Assembly (NCBI GenBank): GCA_963743735.1
Contig: CAVURF010000012.1
Coordinates: 32,295-96,294 of the forward strand
Direction of reading: 5' to 3'
Source: an uncultured Acidobacteriota bacterium
Lineage (GTDB): Bacteria > Acidobacteriota > Terriglobia > Acidiferrales > UBA7541
Length of the DNA: 64,000 bases
The notes under the pieces: generated by a model
Databases searched by the model: none
What the model was told of the DNA's origin: nothing
Seen by the model: only the letters and a program-made list of their open reading frames with translations
Shown: piece after piece, positions 30,955 through 40,086 of the stretch
Position numbering within the stretch: position 1 is the first letter of the stretch
How the letters are laid out: each line of letters opens with the position of its first letter
Translations under genes and position numbers: made by a program

Positions 30955-31305
30955 CTAGGGGAGCGGGTGGAGGAACTCCAAGCCGAAAAGGCGGAGATCG
31001 CCTACGGACTCCTGACGAAGCACGCGAGCGGTTATGGGCGGGGTCTCGTAAGGAACCAAGCCGGAGGTTGAAGGAGAGGGAGTAGGAACGGTCAATTGGA
31101 TAAGCTGTTCGGTTTGAAGGATATGCGAAGAGGCTATGCAGGCGCCGGTCGAGCTAATATTGAGGGTTTTAGTGAGCTCGATGAAGTCGACGCCTAAGGC
31201 ATCCGTCCCGCGAAGAAATACGGGAATTTGAATTCGGATCCGTGGGTTTTGTCGTTGATGGGGGGCGGCCATCGTCTCTTGCGTCTTTAAAATTTGACTT
31301 GGCAC
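30955..31305 (-). CDS. Standalone PilZ domain protein
   Basis: RQNPR (RxxxR) and NISSTG motifs; ends ...FGLEF. Confidence 0.85.
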   Translation of the reverse strand: MPSQILKTQETMAAPHQRQNPRIRIQIPVFLRGTDALGVDFIELTKTLNISSTGACIASSHILQTEQLIQLTVPTPSPSTSGLVPYETPPITARVLRQESVGDLRLFGLEFLHPLP

Positions 31306-31343
31306 TTGGCTCTCGTTAGTACGGTCGAACTAGTACGCTACGA

Positions 31344-31358
31344 GCATACGAAATGCCA
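31344..31358 (-). promoter_or_regulatory. Sigma54 promoter for the PilZ gene
   Basis: TGGCAT-TTCGT-ATGC (GG-N10-GC). Confidence 0.7.
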
Positions 31359-31591
31359 TAGCAGTTTGGGATTCAAGCCAATCTAACATAAAGAAAAAGA
31401 GCGAGTTAACTGTAGCAGATCCGCCGGCAGCCCACGCCCAGAGAAATGCGCACTCGCAAATGTCTACGGAGTTTCCCCAATTGTGCAAATGGAACGGATT
31501 TACCATTGACAGTGCTATTGCCGGATGGGAGGATGGCCGGAAGATACGGGAAAAGTTTTGCCACTCGACAGGGACAGGGGTGAACCAAAGA

Positions 31592-32824
31592 ATGGGCGGT
31601 CGGATGGTAGCCTCGGTGGCTGCGGACGGCCTGTTTCCAACGGTGCTGAAGGTCGATTCCTTCAGGGAAATATTGGAAGGGATCGAAGCGCCTATCATCG
31701 TGACGGATCGTAAAGGGCTGCTGTTGGCAGCGAACGGGGCGGCGAAGGCGGTCCTCGGTAGTCAGGAATTGTTGTTAAGTACTCACAGGGTAAACATCTT
31801 TGAGCAGTTATTGCAAACCAGCGGGGTTGAAATTCTGGAGGAGTTGGCGACGGGACGGGCCTGGGCAGAACGAGGAATTCCAGGCACCGAGAACCGAAAG
31901 ATAGCGCGATTCCGGCTAACGCCAGAAGCAGAATGGCTGATTGTACAAATTAAAGATAAGGCCGCGGACGGGGCGGCAGTGGATAGTGCCACGCAACTCA
32001 CCGTACAAGAGTTGCTGCAAGAGCGAGAAATCACCTACCGAAACCTGCTGGCAGCGTACTTGAAATTGCAGGAAGTAAACCGGCAAAAAACCGTGTTCCT
32101 GGCCTCGGCGGCGCACGAGCTAAAGACGCCGCTGGCGGTGATCAAGGGATATTACGATCTGCTGCTGGCTGGATCGTTGGGTCGGCTGACGGAAAAACAG
32201 AAAGATATTTTAGAAGAATCCAAGGAAAGCTGCGAGCGGTTGGTGCGGCTGGTTTCGATGTTCCTGAATTATTCCGCTCTGGAAAGCGGAAAACTGGTGC
32301 TGCAGCTTCGCGAGAACGATTTGCAAGATTGTTTGGATGAAATGGCGAAACGCTGGGCCGAGGCCTTCCAAAGAAAAGGCGTAAAATTGGAAGTGCAACT
32401 GGATCCTTCGATTCCAACCTTTCGATTCGACTATCAGAAAGTACAGCAGGCGGCGGCAAATCTGCTGGACAACTCGCTGAAACATACGCCGCCTGGCGGG
32501 AATGTGACGTTAATAGCCAGGCCGCATTTCTGGGAAAGGCGGGTTGCGGATGCAGCGCCAAACCAGGAACGGCGCAGATTCCGTCTGCCGCGGCCGAATA
32601 GCGTGGAAGTAAGCGTTACCGATTCCGGAGCAGGCATTCCTCCGGAGCATCACCAGGAGATTTTTGAAGATTTCGTGAGAGTGGATCGTAATACGTCTGG
32701 GATGGGACTTGGGCTGGCCATCGCCAAACGGCTGGTGCAGGCGCACCGCGGGAAAATCTGGGTGGAAAGCGAAGCGAAGAAGGGGAGCACATTCAGCTTC
32801 TTATTGCCGATCGAACAGAGCTGA
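31592..32824 (+). CDS. Cytoplasmic PAS-like sensor histidine kinase
   Basis: AHELKTPL H-box, NLLDNSLKH N-box, DSGAGI, GMGLGLAI; no TM segment; start could also be 31460 or 31604. Confidence 0.9.
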   Translation: MGGRMVASVAADGLFPTVLKVDSFREILEGIEAPIIVTDRKGLLLAANGAAKAVLGSQELLLSTHRVNIFEQLLQTSGVEILEELATGRAWAERGIPGTENRKIARFRLTPEAEWLIVQIKDKAADGAAVDSATQLTVQELLQEREITYRNLLAAYLKLQEVNRQKTVFLASAAHELKTPLAVIKGYYDLLLAGSLGRLTEKQKDILEESKESCERLVRLVSMFLNYSALESGKLVLQLRENDLQDCLDEMAKRWAEAFQRKGVKLEVQLDPSIPTFRFDYQKVQQAAANLLDNSLKHTPPGGNVTLIARPHFWERRVADAAPNQERRRFRLPRPNSVEVSVTDSGAGIPPEHHQEIFEDFVRVDRNTSGMGLGLAIAKRLVQAHRGKIWVESEAKKGSTFSFLLPIEQS

Positions 32825-32858
32825 AGCGATTTCGCGAATTCCGGAAAGGACCATTGCA

Positions 32859-34319
32859 ATGGCCGTAAAAGAGAAGGTTCTGGTAGTGGATGACGAACCG
32901 AGCATTCGAAAGTATCTGCAAACGCTGCTGGAGGTGGATGGATTCGACGTCGAGACACTGAGCAGCGGGCGCGAAGCAATCAAGCAGATCAGTGAGGGTC
33001 AGCGACCAGACCTGGTGATTCTGGACGTGCTGATGCCCGAGTTGAGCGGGATAGACACGCTGAAAGAGCTGATGCAACTGGACCGGACGCTGAATGTGAT
33101 CATGCTGTCGTGTTCAAACGAAGTGGGAACGGTGGTTGATGCGATCCGAATCGGCGCGCACGATTATCTGACGAAACCGTTCGAGAAATCCGAGTTGGAT
33201 GCCGCGATGCTGAAATCACGGCAGAAGAAGGAACTGGTAACCGAGAACCAGGTGCTGCGCGATTATTGCGATCAAGTGACGGAAGATTTGAGTTTCCTTG
33301 CTGCCAGTCCGCAGATGGTGCGAATTCGTCAGCAAATTTTGCAGATTGCGCCGGTGGACGTGCCGGTATTCGTATGCGGGGAAAGCGGAGTTGGCAAAGA
33401 AGTAGTGGCGCGCATGATTCATCTGCGTTCGAAGCGCAGGAATCAGCCGTTCATCAAGGTGAACTGCGCGGCGTTGCCGGGCGAGCTGCTGGAGTCGGAG
33501 CTTTTCGGGTTTGAGCAGGGGGCATTTACGGGCGCGGTGCGATCGAAGCCCGGGAAGTTTGAGATGGCGAATAAAGGAACGATTTTTCTGGACGAAATTG
33601 CGGAGATGAGCACGCACTTGCAGGCAAAATTGCTGCACGTACTGCAGGATCATCAATATTCGCGACTGGGCGGACGGCACCTGATTGAGACCGACGTCCG
33701 GGTGCTGGCTGCCACTAACGTGGACGTGCATGAGGCGATGAAGACAGGACGGTTCCGCGAGGATCTATATTACAGGTTGAACGTGCTCTCGATACTGGTG
33801 CCGCCACTGCGCGAACGGACAGCGGAGATTCCCCTGTTGTTCCGGCATTTCCTGGACAAGTACAGCGAAAAATTTGGAAAAGAGCCGATGCAGCCATCCA
33901 AGTATCTGCTGGATGCAGCGTTAAATTATCCGTGGCCTGGCAACCTGCGCGAATTGGAAAACTTCGTGAAACGCTATGTGATCCTGGAAGACGACGAAGG
34001 AAGCTTGCGGGAGCTGGTGGAGATGTCGGCGACGCGGCAACGAACTTCTCCGCGCCAGGAAGTGAAAGTGCCGAAGGAACAGGGGCTAAAGGCCCTGGTT
34101 CGCGGGTTGAAGGATGAGGCGGAGATGGAGGCGATTGCCGACGCCCTGGAAAAGACCCGGTGGTGCCGCAAAGACGCGGCGAAAATGCTAGGAATCAGCT
34201 ACAAGGCGCTGTTATATAAGATGCGTCAATTCAATCTGGATACGCCGCGGAGCAGACGAACGGCGAACGCTGTGCCAGATAAGGAAACAGTAGCAGTTCC
34301 TACGACTTCAGCCGAGTAG
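32859..34319 (+). CDS. Sigma54-dependent response regulator (REC-AAA-HTH)
   Basis: LVVDDE, LDVLMP, GESGVGKE, GAFTGA, FLDEI, WPGNLREL, C-terminal HTH. Confidence 0.95.
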   Translation: MAVKEKVLVVDDEPSIRKYLQTLLEVDGFDVETLSSGREAIKQISEGQRPDLVILDVLMPELSGIDTLKELMQLDRTLNVIMLSCSNEVGTVVDAIRIGAHDYLTKPFEKSELDAAMLKSRQKKELVTENQVLRDYCDQVTEDLSFLAASPQMVRIRQQILQIAPVDVPVFVCGESGVGKEVVARMIHLRSKRRNQPFIKVNCAALPGELLESELFGFEQGAFTGAVRSKPGKFEMANKGTIFLDEIAEMSTHLQAKLLHVLQDHQYSRLGGRHLIETDVRVLAATNVDVHEAMKTGRFREDLYYRLNVLSILVPPLRERTAEIPLLFRHFLDKYSEKFGKEPMQPSKYLLDAALNYPWPGNLRELENFVKRYVILEDDEGSLRELVEMSATRQRTSPRQEVKVPKEQGLKALVRGLKDEAEMEAIADALEKTRWCRKDAAKMLGISYKALLYKMRQFNLDTPRSRRTANAVPDKETVAVPTTSAE

Positions 34320-34607
34320 TTCGGGGGAGGGACGCCGAAAGGGAGGCGGCTTTCGATTGGCTCCTACGGAACCAATCATGGCGAGTGAGCCATTACGCGT
34401 TCAATGTTTGTGGCGTACGGGGACAGTCTGAAGCACCAAGCTTTCGTTCAGGTGACTTCTATTTGGGATGATCGCGGGTATTGCTTTTCAGAGCACCGAA
34501 CGAAGATTAGAGAAGATTCAGAAATAGTAACCAGGGTAATTAACTGGCAAACTCAGTTGCGAAAGGGTCGCGAGCTAGGGGCAGTGGTCCGCGAACTCAG
34601 GTGGTGA

Positions 34608-34949
34608 ATGGGAGTAATGTCTGAACGTCGCGTCGCGCGACGCTACGATCTATCGCTGCCGGTCATGGTACGGATTCCGGCGCAAGGATTTGCGGAAACG
34701 CAAAGTGGAAGAACCAGGGACATTTCGACCAAGGGTTTATATTTTGTGATTGATCAAGATGTACGACCGGGGTCCAGTTTGGACATTATGCTGACGCTGC
34801 CGCGCGAGATGACGAGCGGTGAGGAAGTGCTGGTAAAGGCATCAGGCAAGATCGTGCGAGTGGAATCGCGCATGGAAGACGGAAATGAACGGCAAGGAGT
34901 GGCAGCAGTCATAGAGCGTTACGACATCATGCGCGGAACAGCGAGTTAG
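34608..34949 (+). CDS. Standalone PilZ domain protein
   Basis: ERRVARR and DISTKG motifs. Confidence 0.88.
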   Translation: MGVMSERRVARRYDLSLPVMVRIPAQGFAETQSGRTRDISTKGLYFVIDQDVRPGSSLDIMLTLPREMTSGEEVLVKASGKIVRVESRMEDGNERQGVAAVIERYDIMRGTAS

Positions 34950-35204
34950 AAGAGCGGAAAAAAACAGCGATTGTGAGGCCGCGCTAACCCTTGAACGTAG
35001 AAGCGCCTGACAAGACTGAATCGCGTACAGGAAGTGGACTTCTCGCCTGCGGAAGAATCTTTCTCTAACAATGAACCGAATGGGCTAGTGGACTGGGCTA
35101 CCGGTACCATTACCAACATCCACGGAAACCATGTATCGCCAAAAAAACAAAGTAGTTAGCTGATCCAATAATCGGCCGGGGCTGGTATTGAACTGCCGGC
35201 GGCG

Positions 35205-35220
35205 TGGCTCGCAGAGTGCA
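35205..35220 (+). promoter_or_regulatory. Sigma54 promoter for the second activator gene
   Basis: TGGCTCGCAGAGTGCA (GG-N10-GC) 28 bp before ATG 35248. Confidence 0.55.
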
Positions 35221-35247
35221 AACTGTTGAACGAGAGATCGCCACAGT

Positions 35248-36306
35248 ATGTCACCAAGAGCCGCGACAAGAATGGCAAAGGTTGAAGGTCTGGCAGGACT
35301 GCCTCCCGACGATCTGGTATTCGGCGTTTCGCCCGCGATGGAAGAAGTCAAGCAGAAGGCGCTAAAGATCTGCCGGACAGACCTGGCGGTGCTGCTGCTA
35401 GGAGAGGGCGGCACGGGAAAAGAAGTTCTGGCGCGCTGGCTGCACGCAAATTCCCACTATGCCAGCGGGGAATTCGTAAAGGTAAATTGCGCAGCGATCC
35501 CTGGGAGTCTGCTCGAGAGCGAGCTGTTCGGACATGAAAAGGGCGCATTTACCGGAGCAAACGCGTCGAAACCTGGCCGCGTCGAGAGGGCTCATCAAGG
35601 CACACTCTTTTTGGATGAGATTGCGGATCTCGATTTGGGCTTACAGAGTAAGCTTCTGCACTTTCTGCAGGACGGATTTTTTTCCAGGCTTGGCGACGAA
35701 ACGGATCGAGTGGTAGAAACGAGGGTGATCTGTGCGACCGGGAGACGCCTGGAAGATGAGATCGAGGCCGGACGCTTTCGAGCAGACCTGTTTTACCGGA
35801 TTAACGTCCTGAAGATAGCGCTGCCGCGACTTGCCGCCCGGAGGGAAGACATTCCGCAGTTGGTCGAGTATTTCCGCCGGCTTCATTCGCAACAATTCGA
35901 AAGAGAATGCGAACCATTCGGGCCGGAACTGATGAATTATATGCAGAATTTGCCGTGGCAAGGTAATTTGCGGGAACTTTCAAACTGCGTTGCCCGATAT
36001 ATCGTCGTGGGCGCAGAGGCGCTCATTCAGCGAGAAACGGTGCACAGCAGGCCGCCGGTGCTTAAAGGGCAAAATGGATCGCAGAGCCCGATGCCGTTGA
36101 AGAAAATTGCGAAAGAAGCGATACGTGAGATGGAACGGAACGCGATCATCGAGGCATTGCGTGCGAATCAATGGAGCCGTCGCAGGGCTGCGCAAGACCT
36201 GAAGATCAGCTACCGCGCTTTGATTTATAAGATTCGCGACGCGGGGCTGATTGTGAAGCGGTCCACGGGCCAAGCGCGGAGCCGAAGTACGCCGGCATCG
36301 GCGTAA
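35248..36306 (+). CDS. Sigma54-dependent activator lacking a sensory domain (AAA-HTH)
   Basis: GEGGTGKE, GAFTGA, FLDEI, WQGNLREL and HTH; only about 20 aa precede the AAA domain. Confidence 0.92.
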   Translation: MSPRAATRMAKVEGLAGLPPDDLVFGVSPAMEEVKQKALKICRTDLAVLLLGEGGTGKEVLARWLHANSHYASGEFVKVNCAAIPGSLLESELFGHEKGAFTGANASKPGRVERAHQGTLFLDEIADLDLGLQSKLLHFLQDGFFSRLGDETDRVVETRVICATGRRLEDEIEAGRFRADLFYRINVLKIALPRLAARREDIPQLVEYFRRLHSQQFERECEPFGPELMNYMQNLPWQGNLRELSNCVARYIVVGAEALIQRETVHSRPPVLKGQNGSQSPMPLKKIAKEAIREMERNAIIEALRANQWSRRRAAQDLKISYRALIYKIRDAGLIVKRSTGQARSRSTPASA

Positions 36307-36592
36307 GTGCCGGCACACCCGCATTCTCAGCATGTTTATCCTACAATACCGTACCACTTAAATACAAAATAGTCCCTGTCCCTTCGTTCAACTAGCCGTC
36401 CGTCCGACCAGGCGCGCCGGCTAAAAATCTCCGCAGCTCGTCAGAAAAAAAATCGCGAAAAAAGGTACTGGAAGCAAGCGATGTTCGCTGGGACAGGAGC
36501 ACGCCTGTCCCTAATGTGAACGTCTAACCAGTATTTTTTACGCGACTCGAAGCCGTAGTCTGCCTCACGGACGAGAGTTCGGAGGGGACGAA

Positions 36593-38563
36593 ATGGCGAG
36601 TGTGAACGGGGCGAAGACAGGCAGAGCAGAAGAGTTCGGGGCGAGCAAACGGGGCTGGGGGATCACGGCAATATTTGCGATGGTGGCGTGCGGCGGAGCA
36701 GTGTTGAGCGGTTGCGCAGGACTGGCGAATACTTCGAATGCAAATCCCGCGCCGCAAGAGGCGGTGCAGATTTCACCGTCAAACATCACTTTTGAAAGCG
36801 TTCCGGTAGGGCAAAAAGCGACGCAGATTGCGACGCTTACAAACACTAGAAACGAAACGGTAACGATTACGCAACTGGCATCAACTGCGGTTGAATTCGC
36901 GGCTTCAGGACTTCCGACGCCGTTGACGATCAGATCGGGGCAGTCGGCAAGATTTCAGGTCACATACTCCGGGACGAAATCGGGATCGGCTTCGGGCACG
37001 CTGACGGCGATGACTTCGCACGGCGGATCGTCGCACGTGAAACTGAAGGGAGCTGCCGCAGCGGCGGCATCGCAACTTTCATTGAGTTCCAGCGCACTGA
37101 ATTTTGGAAACGTTCTGGTGAATGGAAGCGCAACGCAAGCCGTGACCGTGAAGAATTCCGGACAAAGCGATGTGCAAATCACGCAAATCGGCGTAACTGG
37201 CGGAGCATTCAGCGCGAGCGGCATGGTCGCCCCGGTGACGATATCCGCGGGACAGTCGGTGGCGCTGCAGGCGACATTTGCACCAAAGACGGCTGGAGCG
37301 GCGACGGGCGCAATCACGATCACAAGCAATGCGGTGAATCCAACGTCAACAGTGACATTGAACGGAAGCGCAGTGGCGGCAAGTTACACGATGTCGCTTT
37401 CGCCGGCGAGTTTGAACTTCGGCAACGTAACCGCGGGAAGCAGCAGCACGCAGAACGTAGTGCTTTCGAATACGGGAAACTCCAGCGTGACGGTGATGAA
37501 GGCCGCCGCGAGTGGCGCGGGGATTTCCGTCAGCGGACTGGCAGCACCGGTAACGCTGGCGCCTACACAGACTGTAGCATTGAGTGTGACGTTCGCCCCG
37601 ACCACGGCCGGCGCGACGGCTGGCAGCGTGACGGTGACGAATAACGATGGGGTGAACGCGGTAGCAGCTGTCACTGGTACGCAAGTGCAAGCAGGATTGA
37701 GCCTGACACCGTCATCGGCGAGCTTCGGTTCGGTGGTAACGGGAAACACGAACTCGCAGACCGTGCAGATCAAGAACAGTGGCACGGCGAACTTGACGGT
37801 TTCACAAGCGACGGTAACCGGGGCCGGGTTTACTCTGACCGGGTTGGCTTTACCGATGACGCTAACGCCAGGCCAGAGCGGAAACTTCAACGTACAATAT
37901 GCGCCACAATCGGCGGGAAGTGTGACTGGCGCGGTTTCGATCGTCAGCAACGCGCCTAATTCTCCGGCCACAGTTGCACTCAGCGCGACGGGAGTGGCAG
38001 CCTCGTACACGATCAGTGTTAATCCAGGCAGTCTGAGCTTCGGCAACGTAAGCGACGGAAGTTCGGCGGCACAAGGGTTTACGGTGACGAACACGGGCAA
38101 CTCGAACGTTGCGATTTCGGGGATCACAGCTACAGGGGCGGGCTATTCGCTGTTAAGCGGCGCAGGGGCAGTTACACTCTCGCCGAATCAAAGTACCTCG
38201 GTGAGCGTGCAGTTTGCGCCATCGACCGCAGGCGCAGTGAGTGGCAGCGTGAACATACTGAGCAATGCAAAGGGGTCCGTTTCAAGCGTTGCGTTGAGCG
38301 GTACCGGAATTGCGCCGGTGGTGTCGCATTCGGTTGCGTTGAACTGGGGCGCCAGTAGTTCTTCAGTGGCCGGCTACAATGTATATCGCAGTACGGTGAG
38401 CGGAAGCTCGTACGCAAAGGTGAACGGTTCGGTGCTAGGAGGAGTCAGCTACGCCGATTCGAGCGTGCAGAGTGGACAGACTTACTACTACGTGGCGACG
38501 GCAGTGGACGCGGGCGGAAATGAGAGCGCCTATTCAAACGAAGTGAGCGCCATCGTCCCTTAA
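36593..38563 (+). CDS. Lipoprotein with about 5 ASH/choice-of-anchor-D repeats and a C-terminal FN3-like domain
   Basis: LSGC lipobox; ~100-aa repeats (P.SL.FG.V..G......V...N.G); ends ESAYSNEVSAIVP. Confidence 0.88.
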   Translation: MASVNGAKTGRAEEFGASKRGWGITAIFAMVACGGAVLSGCAGLANTSNANPAPQEAVQISPSNITFESVPVGQKATQIATLTNTRNETVTITQLASTAVEFAASGLPTPLTIRSGQSARFQVTYSGTKSGSASGTLTAMTSHGGSSHVKLKGAAAAAASQLSLSSSALNFGNVLVNGSATQAVTVKNSGQSDVQITQIGVTGGAFSASGMVAPVTISAGQSVALQATFAPKTAGAATGAITITSNAVNPTSTVTLNGSAVAASYTMSLSPASLNFGNVTAGSSSTQNVVLSNTGNSSVTVMKAAASGAGISVSGLAAPVTLAPTQTVALSVTFAPTTAGATAGSVTVTNNDGVNAVAAVTGTQVQAGLSLTPSSASFGSVVTGNTNSQTVQIKNSGTANLTVSQATVTGAGFTLTGLALPMTLTPGQSGNFNVQYAPQSAGSVTGAVSIVSNAPNSPATVALSATGVAASYTISVNPGSLSFGNVSDGSSAAQGFTVTNTGNSNVAISGITATGAGYSLLSGAGAVTLSPNQSTSVSVQFAPSTAGAVSGSVNILSNAKGSVSSVALSGTGIAPVVSHSVALNWGASSSSVAGYNVYRSTVSGSSYAKVNGSVLGGVSYADSSVQSGQTYYYVATAVDAGGNESAYSNEVSAIVP

Positions 38564-39408
38564 GGGATAACCGTGCTGCCGCGCTCCTGCAGGAAGGCTT
38601 GCAAAGCCTGCTGCCAGGGGCGCAGCCGCACGCCATGGGCGTGAAGGCTGGCAGGAGAAAGTACCGAATAGTTTGGGCGGCGGGCCGGACGCGCGGATTG
38701 ATCGGTAGTGATGGGTAGAACCGGAATCGATTGCCGGCCAGACTGCAGCAGGATTTCGCGAGCGAAATCATACCAAGAGCAAATACCTTCGTTCGTTATG
38801 TGCGTGATTCCACGCGCATCTTTGCGTACTAAATCACGGATGGCACAGGCAAGATCGCGCGTGTAAGTTGGCGATCCTACCTGATCGTTGACCACCGAAA
38901 GCTGCGGACGAGTTTCCGCGGCCCTTAGGATTTTTTCCGGGAACGATGGGCCGTGAATTCCGAATAGCCACGAGGTGCGCCCAATACACCAGGAGTCGTA
39001 CTTGCGCAGCGCTGCCTCGCCCGCGGCTTTTGAAGCGCCGTACACATTTATGGGAGCAATCGGATCGTCAATTTCATAGGGGCGCTTGCCCAGGCCATCG
39101 AATACGTAGTCGGTGCTCACCAAGAAAATGCGCGCAGCGATCGATTGGGCGGCCCGAGCGACGTTTTCAACCCCTGTAGCGTTCACTGCAAAGGCCAATT
39201 CAGGATTGCGCTCGCAGCCGTCGACATCGGTCATTGCGGAAGAGAGGATGATCCATTCGGGCCGGACTTTCAAAACAAGCTTTTCTACTTGGTTGAAATT
39301 GCGGAGGTCAGCCTCGGCCGAGCCTGCCGGAATCAACTCATCCGACTGCCAGTAATTTAGAAGGTCGGTGCCCAGCATTCCGCGGGCACCCAGGACAAGG
39401 ATGCGCAT
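38560..39408 (-). CDS. rmlD: dTDP-4-dehydrorhamnose reductase
   Basis: GARGMLG, STDYVFDG, YGASK, DQVGSPT. Confidence 0.93.
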   Translation of the reverse strand: MRILVLGARGMLGTDLLNYWQSDELIPAGSAEADLRNFNQVEKLVLKVRPEWIILSSAMTDVDGCERNPELAFAVNATGVENVARAAQSIAARIFLVSTDYVFDGLGKRPYEIDDPIAPINVYGASKAAGEAALRKYDSWCIGRTSWLFGIHGPSFPEKILRAAETRPQLSVVNDQVGSPTYTRDLACAIRDLVRKDARGITHITNEGICSWYDFAREILLQSGRQSIPVLPITTDQSARPARRPNYSVLSPASLHAHGVRLRPWQQALQAFLQERGSTVIP

Positions 39409-39410
39409 AG

Positions 39411-40022
39411 TTACTTGTGCTGGATTTCCCAGTCATAGGCGATGTCCGGGTGATCGTAGGAAAGGCGCAATTCATCGGCAGGGTTGTAATGGCGATCCGT
39501 GAAATAAACCAGTTGAATGGGCTCGACTCCAAGAGCCTTGTAACCGTGGGCCACACCCGGAGGGATCAGGATTTCCCACGGCTGGAACCGGCCGGCAAAA
39601 ATTGTATTGATGGCGCCGAAGGTCGAGGAGCTGCGGCGCAGATCGTAGAGGAAGACTTGCACCATGCCGGAAACAGGCGCCCAAAGATCAGTTTGCTCTG
39701 AGTGGTAATGAATGGCCTTGATTGTCCCGGGATAAGTCAGCGTGAACGAGACTTGTACGCTGCGTTGGTCATCTGGAACCATTTTCGAGGCGAGGCCTTT
39801 GCCGAGGCGGGCCAGTTCACAAAAATAACCGCGGTCGTCTGGATAAATCTGTAGTGGCTCAATCAGCACGCCTTCGATCAAGTCAGGGGAATTGGGCTTG
39901 GCAATGATTTTGCCGAGCGTTTTCGTGGTGCGGCGGAGAATGGCCATTTCGATGCCATTGCGGGTCCCCAGAGGAACGATATCCGATCGAAGAGCGGGTG
40001 GTATAGACACGTCGGTAGCCAT
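39411..40022 (-). CDS. rmlC: dTDP-4-dehydrorhamnose 3,5-epimerase family protein
   Basis: DDRGYF, AIHYH, DLRRSS.TFG, IPPGVAHG. Confidence 0.88.
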   Translation of the reverse strand: MATDVSIPPALRSDIVPLGTRNGIEMAILRRTTKTLGKIIAKPNSPDLIEGVLIEPLQIYPDDRGYFCELARLGKGLASKMVPDDQRSVQVSFTLTYPGTIKAIHYHSEQTDLWAPVSGMVQVFLYDLRRSSSTFGAINTIFAGRFQPWEILIPPGVAHGYKALGVEPIQLVYFTDRHYNPADELRLSYDHPDIAYDWEIQHK

Positions 40023-40086
40023 TGGATTGCCTCGCCTAACCCTATTGAAAGCCGGAATGGTTCAGGTGTAAAGGGCTGATGGCGGC

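Noticed and set aside
36460-36510. Sigma54 promoter for the large ASH gene
   Set aside because: The only GG-N10-GC match (GGGACAGGAGCACGC) fits the consensus poorly.
36593-38563. Hypervariable or DGR-type repeats in the ASH gene
   Set aside because: Repeats are diverged at the protein-domain level; no reverse transcriptase or adenine-specific TR/VR pair was seen.
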